From NCBI GenBank assembly GCA_023957115.1, contig JAMLHN010000001.1:92708-156707 (forward strand): 64,000 nucleotides of DNA. The letters are read 5' to 3'. The translations under genes were made by a program, and so were the position numbers. This document shows, one piece after another, positions 57,030-64,000 of the stretch; within the stretch, counting starts at the first letter, position 1, and each line of letters starts with the position of its first letter. Source of the DNA: Thermomicrobiales bacterium (GTDB taxonomy: Bacteria; Chloroflexota; Chloroflexia; Thermomicrobiales; UBA6265). Under the pieces are notes generated by a model, which worked only from the letters and a program-made list of their open reading frames with translations, did no database searches and was not told the origin of the DNA.

Positions 57030-58124
57030 ATGTCTCTACTCGATAACTTGTTCGGTGGACGAAAGACCGAGATGATCGCAGCCGATCAGGCGCTTCCCGG
57101 TAGCGATGCGCCTCGATTCGATGTTCCCGCCACCCACGCCGTGCTTGGCACCCCGATCCAGGGGCCGTTCCCGCAGAATCTCGAGATCGCGTATTTCGGT
57201 CTCGGGTGTTTCTGGGGCGCCGAGCGGCTCTTCTGGCAGCTACCGGGCGTCTATTCGACTGCCGTTGGATATATGGGAGGATTCACGCCGAATCCGACCT
57301 ATGAAGAGGTCTGCTCCGGCAAGACTGGCCATACCGAGGCAGTCATGGTCGTGTTCGATCCTGCGCTCGTCTCCTACGCCGATCTCGTCAAGACCTTCTT
57401 CGAGGAGCACGATCCCACCCAGGGCATGCGCCAGGGGAACGATCTGGGAACGCAGTATCGTTCGGCCATCTACCCCACCTCGGACGAGCAAGATCGGACG
57501 GCGCGCGAGATTGCGGAGAGCTTCGGACCGAAGCTCGAGGCGGCGGGCTATGGTGAGATCACGACCGAGATCGCACCGGCCGGCCCCTTCTACTACGCCG
57601 AGGATTATCACCAGCAGTATCTGCACAAGGTGCCGAATGGCTACTGTGGCCTGGCGGGGACCGGGGTCTCGTGCCCCGTTCCCTGGGCAACGGCGCCGGT
57701 TTCGGGAGGAAGCGACGAGGTCGATGTCCTCGATCTGAAGCTGCCCCAGTCTGACGACGAATGGCGGGAGCGCCTGACACCGATGCAGTATCACGTCCTG
57801 CGCGAGGCCGGTACCGAACGGCCCTTCACGGGCGAATACGTCGATACCGAAACCGATGGCGTCTATCGTTGCGCGGCCTGTGGCAATCAGCTTTTCGATA
57901 GCGGCACGAAGTACCACTCTGGTTGCGGTTGGCCGAGCTTCACCGAAGCGTTGCCGGGTGCAACCGAGTACCTGACCGATACCTCGCACGGCATGATCCG
58001 GACCGAGGTCCGTTGCGCCCGTTGCCACTCACATCTGGGACACGTCTTCCCGGATGGCCCTCGCGAAGCCGGCGGAAACCGCTATTGCATGAACTCCGTC
58101 TCCCTCGACTTGATCGAGAAGTAA
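57030..58124 (+). CDS. msrAB: bifunctional methionine sulfoxide reductase A/B
   Basis: ATG at 57030. The MsrA part has GLGCFWGAE and GHTEAV. The MsrB part has [29 protein letters not shown] and RYCMNS. Confidence 0.9.
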   Translation: MSLLDNLFGGRKTEMIAADQALPGSDAPRFDVPATHAVLGTPIQGPFPQNLEIAYFGLGCFWGAERLFWQLPGVYSTAVGYMGGFTPNPTYEEVCSGKTGHTEAVMVVFDPALVSYADLVKTFFEEHDPTQGMRQGNDLGTQYRSAIYPTSDEQDRTAREIAESFGPKLEAAGYGEITTEIAPAGPFYYAEDYHQQYLHKVPNGYCGLAGTGVSCPVPWATAPVSGGSDEVDVLDLKLPQSDDEWRERLTPMQYHVLREAGTERPFTGEYVDTETDGVYRCAACGNQLFDSGTKYHSGCGWPSFTEALPGATEYLTDTSHGMIRTEVRCARCHSHLGHVFPDGPREAGGNRYCMNSVSLDLIEK

Positions 58125-58131
58125 TCGCGTT

Positions 58132-58328
58132 GGAGCCGGGAGCTGGGAGCTCGGGCGTGCTCGCAACCTCGACGACGTGGCTCCGCCAGGGCTGGATTCG
58201 CCCGGAATCCGTCCGGTCACGCCCCGACCTCAGCCGCCCAGATCGTCGCAGGGCCCAGGGCTCACGACGCAGGACCGTTTCAACCACGCCCGAAATCCCA
58301 ACTCCTAAATCCCAGCTCCGAGCTCCCC
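58132..58328. repeat. heptamer arrays of opposite polarity bracketing a core that ends in a solo MITE-like end
   Basis: The left array reads ggagccg ggagctg ggagctc ggg (58132-58155). The right array reads aatccca actccta aatccca gctccga gctcccc (58293-58328). 58145-58154 pairs 10/10 with 58318-58327. A solo end lies at 58266-58290. Confidence 0.8.
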
Positions 58329-58401
58329 CACGGGGGCTGGTATCCTCCTGCAAGTGCTGTCGCGCTGCCGGTATCCAGTGTGAATTGACAAAGGACGTCG
58401 C

Positions 58402-59352
58402 ATGAAACTGGTCATCGCCACCGAAGAAGGTGACGCGTATTTCGGATTGCTGGACGGAATTCCTAACCTGACTGTCGTTCGGACTAGTACCCGTGAGGAT
58501 CTGCTGAACGAGATCGTCGACGCCGATATCTACTACGGCCGTCCCGATGCCGAGCTGCTGGCAGCGGCCGGGCAACTGACCCTGATCCAGGCGCAGAGCG
58601 CCGGCGTCGACTTCCTCATGAACTTCCCCGAGCTGGTCGAGAGCGACGTCATTCTGTCGAATACACGTGGTGCGCATGCCCCGTCGATTGCCGAGCATGC
58701 GTTCGGATTGCTTCTGTCATTGACTCGCAAGATTCCTGTGTCCATCGATTACCAGCGCAAGCATCAGTGGCGTTGGGACAACGCATACCGAGAGCCTCGT
58801 GAGATCATGGGAAGCACCCTTGGGATCGTCGGGTATGGGCAGATTGGCCGGGCTATTGCGCAACGTGCGTCGGGTTTCGAGGTGCAGACCCTGGCCGTCG
58901 ATCTCCATCCGGGGGGAGGCGACCGGTTCGTCGAAACCGTCTGGCCGATCGACCGGCTGCACGACATGCTGGCATTGACCGACACTCTGATGGTCGCCGC
59001 TCCCCTGACGCGTGAGACCTATCACATGCTGGGCGCCAGAGAATTCGAGGCGATGCCGCCGAAGTCGATCGTGATCGCGGTTTCCCGCGGCGGAGTCATC
59101 GATGAGGACGCACTGATCGCCGCACTCCAGTCCGGGCATCTTTGGGGCGCCGGAATGGATGTCAATGAGATAGAGCCGGTTGACGCGGACAATCCGTTCT
59201 GGGATCTTCCCAATGTGGTGATGAGTCATCACCTGGCCGGGGCGAGCTGGCAAAAAGAAAAGCGGTGCGTTGAGATCCTGGTCGAGAACGTTCGCCGCTT
59301 GCAGGACGGCGCTGAATTGATCAACGTGGTCGACAAGCAAGCAGGTTTTTAG
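58402..59352 (+). CDS. D-isomer-specific 2-hydroxyacid dehydrogenase family protein
   Basis: LGIVGYGQIGRAIAQRA, VSRGGVIDEDAL and MSHHLAG. Confidence 0.85.
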   Translation: MKLVIATEEGDAYFGLLDGIPNLTVVRTSTREDLLNEIVDADIYYGRPDAELLAAAGQLTLIQAQSAGVDFLMNFPELVESDVILSNTRGAHAPSIAEHAFGLLLSLTRKIPVSIDYQRKHQWRWDNAYREPREIMGSTLGIVGYGQIGRAIAQRASGFEVQTLAVDLHPGGGDRFVETVWPIDRLHDMLALTDTLMVAAPLTRETYHMLGAREFEAMPPKSIVIAVSRGGVIDEDALIAALQSGHLWGAGMDVNEIEPVDADNPFWDLPNVVMSHHLAGASWQKEKRCVEILVENVRRLQDGAELINVVDKQAGF

Positions 59353-59739
59353 AATGCAGGCGAGGAGCCGGGAGCTGGGGTCGAGGAGTTCGCCCGCGGT
59401 CCGAAATGGTCGCCAGTTGCGCTCCGGAACAATTTGCCCTAGTTGTCTGCTTGGAATGTGCGCTCGGGATTGGGGGCTCGGTCCGGTCTCCAATGTCCAA
59501 GGTCCGGAGGAGATCGTGGCTGAGGACCTCGGTGTCCGCTCGTGGACGGGCCCGATGCAGATGTTCTCTCGGGTCGGAAAACCGGGGGACTTATACGAAA
59601 TCCGCGTGATTGCTTGGGGATACAAGGTATGGGGTAGCCGCCGGGGGTAGGCATCCTTGGGTATTTATTCGGATTCCGTATTACAGACAAAGCCGCTCCG
59701 AGACTGGAATTGCTCCATATCCCCCGATCCGGGCGAGTC

Positions 59740-59769
59740 TTGACATGATAAGAACTTTTGTTCTATTCT
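59740..59769 (+). promoter_or_regulatory. sigma70-like promoter candidate in an AT-richer patch of a 1-kb non-coding island
   Basis: TTGACA at 59740-59745, an 18-nt spacer containing the palindrome agaac tttt gttct, and TATTCT at 59764-59769. No ORF with coding character follows. Confidence 0.3.
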
Positions 59770-59937
59770 ATTGGCAAGCGGCACACCGGCGGATGGTGCG
59801 GGCCTGGGCAGCGCAGTACCACATCCGTCGTATCGCCAGCCTACGGATCGCTGGCCAGGTCAGCGGACGGCTCGCCAGCCGTGCTCGCTCCTGCCCCCTG
59901 CCCGGCCGACCAGGGTCCCGGCGTCGGACGAGGAGCT

Positions 59938-60005
59938 GGGAGTTGGGATTTAGGAGCTAGGAATGTCGTTTATTCCGAACTCCCAGATCCTAAATCCCAA
60001 CTCCC
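59938..60005. repeat. 17-bp perfect stem built from heptamer arrays
   Basis: gggagttgggatttagg (59938-59954) pairs with cctaaatcccaactccc (59989-60005), with a 34-nt loop. Checked by hand. Confidence 0.9.
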
Positions 60006-60114
60006 CCGTCGGCGTGTTTCGAGGTTGATCCCACCGGAGCAACCCAGGCGTTGTTCGCAAAAAAAACGAACACGTCCCCGTTTTCCAGCTCCCCGGTGCA
60101 TCCGCTTGCCATCT

Positions 60115-60250
60115 CCCCTCTCCCAGAATTGGGAGAGGGGCCGGGGGTGAGGGCCAAACGCAGCCCAGAATCCACGCCCTCCCCATCCCCACGCAGCCCA
60201 CAGCCCTCCCCGCTCCCCAGAGGGAGAGGGGTCGGGGGTGAGGGCCGAAC
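60115..60250. repeat. two copies of a G-rich REP-like unit GGGAGAGGGG(C/T)CGGGGGTGAGGGCC(A/G)AAC
   Basis: The copies lie at 60131-60158 and 60222-60249, 26/28 identical. The first is preceded by its complement, giving the hairpin cccctctccca gaat tgggagagggg (60115-60140). Confidence 0.85.
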
Positions 60251-60388
60251 CGCTCCCCACAACCAGCCATCCTGCCACCAAAATAGGATTACCGACTCCT
60301 CGATCCCAATTGCTTGCGTTGCGTCGTTGCTGGTATTCGCTCTTCCCGGACCCCGGACCGTCGTTTCCTAACTCCTAAATCCCGACTC

Positions 60389-61432
60389 CTAACTCCCCAC
60401 CGTCCACGTATCGACGCGTTCCGCGGCGATTCGAATCGCCATGGTCAGATCGTCTTCAGACGGCAGCGCCGGCCAGCTTCGGATGAGCTTCTGATTGGCT
60501 GGGGCAGCCGGATCCTGCAGCGAATGCACGTTCCCCACGAGGGCGGTTTCCCCAGATTGCCGGAGAACGACGGCGATGGTTCGGGTGGCTTCGCCGGATT
60601 GCCAGATAAGTGAGGCAACCGTGCCTCCGCTGCCACGGTCGGTGCGTGTCGTCGCTCTGTGCGTCCAACCCGCTGCGACGCGCTCGACGGCGTTCGCGAC
60701 GATCTTGTCATTGCCGGTCAGTTGTGCTGGAGCGATCCTGGTTGTCGACGAAGCTTGCTGATTCTGATACGCGCCAAGACTCATGCGTAGGCTCGACCCT
60801 GAGGGAAGTCCAGTGAGCTTGGCGATGCGATCGCGCATTCCCGGATTGCGCATTCCCCAGACACCCGCGGCAATGAAGCCGACCTGAATGACAACGATCA
60901 CCGCGGTCAGCCAGGGGATCCCGCTCTGGTACATCTGCGACCAGTCGCCCGAGATATCGAGCAAGAGGTCTATCGCCGGATAGAAGACGAGCGTATTGAT
61001 ACCGGAGATGAAGACGAACTGGAGCAGGAGCTCGTTCCAGGGCGCGCGCAGCGGTGGTCGTTTCAGGAAGACCACGGCCACCGCCACTACGATCAACACC
61101 AGATTGACGAAGGTGCCGGCGAATGCGACCAGGGTTTGCTGGACCGCCGAAAACCCACGTGGGTCGTAGGAGACATACCCGGAGAAGAAGAAGAAGCCGA
61201 AATCGAGCACCTTTCCACCCATCAGCCAGATGGCGACGGCGTGGCCCAGCTCGTGCAGCGCAACCGAGATGGGCAGCAGCAGAAAGAATGCGGCCTGTCC
61301 GAGCATCGACCGGTCGTATGGAGTGAAGTTGCTATCGAAGATCTGCTTGCGTCGCGGAATGAACTGAAACAGAAAGCGAACGCCAAGAAACAGGTAGAAA
61401 AGCGAAATGAGCCCAAAACCGCCCAGGGGCAT
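60389..61432 (-). CDS. polytopic membrane protein with HELGH zinc-protease motif (M50/site-2-protease-like) and a soluble C-terminal domain
   Basis: 347-aa ORF with several TM segments and ALHELGHAVAIWLMGG. Its TAG stop lies inside a heptamer array. Confidence 0.5.
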   Translation of the reverse strand: MPLGGFGLISLFYLFLGVRFLFQFIPRRKQIFDSNFTPYDRSMLGQAAFFLLLPISVALHELGHAVAIWLMGGKVLDFGFFFFSGYVSYDPRGFSAVQQTLVAFAGTFVNLVLIVVAVAVVFLKRPPLRAPWNELLLQFVFISGINTLVFYPAIDLLLDISGDWSQMYQSGIPWLTAVIVVIQVGFIAAGVWGMRNPGMRDRIAKLTGLPSGSSLRMSLGAYQNQQASSTTRIAPAQLTGNDKIVANAVERVAAGWTHRATTRTDRGSGGTVASLIWQSGEATRTIAVVLRQSGETALVGNVHSLQDPAAPANQKLIRSWPALPSEDDLTMAIRIAAERVDTWTVGS

Positions 61433-61464
61433 CGTCTATCGGTCCTTCTCGTATCAGGCCAGAC

Positions 61465-62814
61465 TCAGTGGGCGGCGTTTCGAGATCGCGCGCGCACAAG
61501 CTGTTGCGGACTGACCTGGAGGCTCCGGACCAACCAGATCGCGCTCAGCGTGGTGATGATACCCCCCAGAAGGATGGAGACCGAGGTGTTGGCTGCGCCG
61601 GCGACTGCGCCGGCAAGGATGGCGCCCAACGGAGCGACTCCGGCCGAGACCATGATGTAGACGCTCATCACGCGCCCGCGCAGCTCGTCCGGGGCGGTCG
61701 ATTGCACGACGGTGTTGGCCATCGCCATGGTCGAGGTCATCCCATAGCCGACCATGGCGCTGATGACCATTGCCAGAATCAGGGACGGAGCCAGCTCGGT
61801 TGCGACACCGAGCAATACCTCGGCTGTGCCCAGGATGAGCGCCGTCGCAACCATACGACTCAAACTGAGGTTCTTGCTGCGGAATGCAAGCGTCAGAGCG
61901 CCGGCGAGCGATCCGATACCGAGCGAGGACATCAGCAGGCCGAATCCACCGGGCCCGGTCGAAAGCTCCTGCTTGGCGAGGAGCGGCATCCAGACATTGA
62001 AGTTGATCCCGAAGACGCCCACCATTCCGGCGAAGACCACGATCGAGGCGACGACTGGGGTCGAGCGAACGTATGCCAACCCTTCGCGGAGCGAGTCGAG
62101 CGGGTTCGCGCGTTGCTTCGATTCAGACTTCGGCAGCCGGCGCATCATCAGCAGACTGACGATGACGGCGACATAGCTGAACGCGTCGATGGTGAAACAG
62201 GCGGCAACGCCGAATGCGCCCAGTATCAATCCCGCAAGCGCAGGGCCGACCAAGCGTCCCATATTGAACAGGGTCGAATTGAGTGCAATTGCATTGGGGA
62301 GGTCTTCCCGATTGTCGACCATCTCGGAGACGAATGCCTGGCGGGCTGGCATGTCGAACGAGTTGTTGATTCCGACGATGAGCGCCAGCAGATAGACGTG
62401 CCAAAGATCGATATGGTCGGTCCAGATCAGCACGGCGAGAAAAATCGAGCAGATTGCCGCTATCGACTGGGTCAGCACGAGCAGCGATCGTTTCGGTACT
62501 CGATCGGCGACCACGCCGGCAACGAGTCCAAGGAGAAGGGTCGGAGCGAACTGAAGCACGTTGACAAAGCTGAGTTTGATGGCGGACGGCGTCAAGGAGA
62601 GAACGAGCCACGACATGGCCAGGCTCTGCATCCAGGTCCCGGTGACCGAAACCGCCTGACCGAAGAAGTAGAGCCGGTAGTTGCGGTGCTGGAGCGCGCT
62701 AAAGCCACTGGGCAGCGAGAGATTGCGAAGGGAGAGGCGTGCGATGCGGTTGTTGATCTGTGGTCGCATAGCGTCCCGGAGCGTTCGTGTGATGTTCGGA
62801 CGGGAATCCCGCAA
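61465..62814 (-). CDS. MFS transporter (EntS/DUF894-like)
   Basis: 449-aa ORF. Contains FSALQHRNYRLYFFGQAVSVTGTWMQ and about 12 TM segments. The exact start is uncertain. Confidence 0.75.
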   Translation of the reverse strand: MRDSRPNITRTLRDAMRPQINNRIARLSLRNLSLPSGFSALQHRNYRLYFFGQAVSVTGTWMQSLAMSWLVLSLTPSAIKLSFVNVLQFAPTLLLGLVAGVVADRVPKRSLLVLTQSIAAICSIFLAVLIWTDHIDLWHVYLLALIVGINNSFDMPARQAFVSEMVDNREDLPNAIALNSTLFNMGRLVGPALAGLILGAFGVAACFTIDAFSYVAVIVSLLMMRRLPKSESKQRANPLDSLREGLAYVRSTPVVASIVVFAGMVGVFGINFNVWMPLLAKQELSTGPGGFGLLMSSLGIGSLAGALTLAFRSKNLSLSRMVATALILGTAEVLLGVATELAPSLILAMVISAMVGYGMTSTMAMANTVVQSTAPDELRGRVMSVYIMVSAGVAPLGAILAGAVAGAANTSVSILLGGIITTLSAIWLVRSLQVSPQQLVRARSRNAAH

Positions 62815-62923
62815 CTGCCCCCGGATTCATTCTCCCACGGATGTATTGGGGAAGGGGATTCGATATGCCGAGCGATAGTCAGTATTGGAAATCAATGAGC
62901 GGCAGCGATTCACATGCGCCAGG

Positions 62924-63853
62924 TCATACGATTGGTTCTCTTGGCAGATCGGGCAATGCCGACCATTCGGCCCATCCTCGATCGTAGGTGAGGACGGTCG
63001 GGAAGCCTGCTCTGGAGAGCACCAGCCAGCTCAATGCGGTGTCGACTCCAAAGCTGCCGTAGATGATGATCTCGCGCTCGGCTTCCAACCCGAGGGTTTG
63101 TGCGTGCGCGAAGACCTGCTGCGCATCGCGCAGCCGGCCGCTGTCATCCATGAGCTCGACCCACGGGAAGCGAATCGAGCCGGGAATCTGGCCGGCGGGC
63201 ATCATACCGTCGAGCGTCTCCGCCCGTTCGTTGTCGGTACGAATGTCCACGATCTGTGCATCGGTGCGTCCCAGGCGACTCGCGACCTGCTCAGTGACGA
63301 GATAGAAGCCTTCCTGTGGATCGACTCGGGGCGTCGTCGATGTCGTCGAAGCGGAATCGATCGTGAATGGAGTCCGTTTCCAGTCCGTATAGCCTTCGGT
63401 CAGCAAGGCCGCTCGCTGGAAACCGAGAAATCGGAGAAACCAAACCAACCGGGCGGCGCGGAACCCCTCCTCGTTGTCGTATACGACAACATTGTCTCCA
63501 GCCAGGAGACCCAGCGAATCGAACACCTCCTGTCGATAGCGTTGCTCGTCCCCCTGGGTCAGGACCGCCCCGAAGACCGGATAGTGGGGATCGACCGTGT
63601 CGCGCCACCAGGCATGTTCCGCGCTGTCGATATGTCCATCGCGCCAGACATGGAGCGGCGAGACATCGAACACCCGAAGATCGGCGCCAGTGGCGCGGTC
63701 CGCGAGCCAGGCGAGGTCGACGGCCAGCGGGTAGGGATCGCTTTGCGCACGAGCGTCCGACGCAGTCGACGTCACGAGCAGCGTTCCAGCCAACGCTCGC
63801 AAGAACCGCCGCCGGTCGAGCCGGCGACTCGAAACGAGTCGCGTTCGGGTCAT
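62924..63853 (-). CDS. Tat-exported tandem-rhodanese (thiosulfate sulfurtransferase-like) protein lacking any cysteine
   Basis: ATG at 63853 with Tat motif SRRLDRRRFLRALAG. There are two rhodanese-like domains (VVVYDNEEGFRAARLVWFL and IIIYGSFGVDTALSWLVL). No Cys occurs anywhere in the 309 aa. Confidence 0.7.
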   Translation of the reverse strand: MTRTRLVSSRRLDRRRFLRALAGTLLVTSTASDARAQSDPYPLAVDLAWLADRATGADLRVFDVSPLHVWRDGHIDSAEHAWWRDTVDPHYPVFGAVLTQGDEQRYRQEVFDSLGLLAGDNVVVYDNEEGFRAARLVWFLRFLGFQRAALLTEGYTDWKRTPFTIDSASTTSTTPRVDPQEGFYLVTEQVASRLGRTDAQIVDIRTDNERAETLDGMMPAGQIPGSIRFPWVELMDDSGRLRDAQQVFAHAQTLGLEAEREIIIYGSFGVDTALSWLVLSRAGFPTVLTYDRGWAEWSALPDLPREPIV

Positions 63854-64000
63854 AGTCGAGATATCTTGTAGCGGCGTGTCTTCTCTCTGCATGATCGATC
63901 GACGAGGTGCAATGACGACACGGGCAATGGTACGGTGCCGGAGCAACGATCGTGCCACAGTGGAGTTCCGGCCGCATGGCGGCGCCGACACGGGAGGAGC

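Noticed and set aside
59845-59880. SRP (4.5S) RNA-like motif GGCCAGGTCAGCGGACGGCTCGCCAGCC
   Set aside because: It resembles only the CCAGGUCAG part of domain IV. There is no GNRA tetraloop and no AGCAGCC 3' strand, and I could not fold a convincing helix 8.
1-64000. Defence island, prophage or integrative element
   Set aside because: No integrase, transposase, recombinase, phage structural, restriction-modification, toxin-antitoxin or cas genes are recognisable. The UvrD-like helicase has no partner nuclease/ATPase gene typical of known defence systems.

Overview
GC-rich bacterial chromosomal segment. The gene content (PPOX-class and LLM-class enzymes typical of F420 users, LprG-like proteins, Tat-signal family-5 binding proteins) suggests Chloroflexota (Thermomicrobia-like) or Actinomycetota, but this cannot be verified from the sequence alone. 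I support about 57 protein-coding loci and find no rRNA, tRNA, CRISPR array, transposase, integrase or phage genes.

Layout:
- 1-2046: trpB-trpA, minus strand, frame-broken.
- 2.26-7.8 kb: two divergently transcribed ABC-exporter half-transporters bracketing two LprG/LolA-like secreted proteins.
- 8-16 kb: housekeeping genes (PPOX, fumC-like, rhodanese-ThiF, thioesterase, cdd, serine hydrolase, nagB).
- 17269-20190: a UvrD-like helicase carrying an internal DEDDh exonuclease domain.
- 22.2-39.7 kb: a large sugar-catabolic/transport locus bounded by two GntR regulators.
- 39.9-41.9 kb: marR-DUF1398 and ispH.
- 42.2-52.5 kb: a cluster of peptide-type ABC importer, M20 peptidase, gcvPA/gcvPB, NAD-kinase-like protein and enolase-superfamily protein.
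- 52.5-64 kb: miscellaneous genes (deacetylase lipoprotein, HAD, CDP-alcohol phosphatidyltransferase, kynU, msrAB, 2-hydroxyacid dehydrogenase, HELGH membrane protein, MFS, cysteine-free Tat rhodanese).

Two window-wide signals stand out:
1. Reading-frame breaks are strongly clustered. They fill 1-2.0 kb, 9.4-10.8 kb and a 7-kb run of eight consecutive broken genes at 25.85-32.7 kb. Blocks of about 13 kb and 22 kb are fully intact. Several breaks resolve to 1-nt changes in short homopolymers, so assembly error versus real pseudogenisation cannot be decided here.
2. Gene 3' ends are decorated with tandem 7-nt arrays (GGAGYYR type). These often occur as inverted pairs and supply the stop codon of three genes. 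A MITE-like ~135-bp element with terminal inverted repeats GGCGTGTTTGAAAAG is also present.

No recognisable defence or mobile system is present. The most novel-looking items are the helicase-exonuclease fusion, the ABC/LprG-like module and the heptamer elements.
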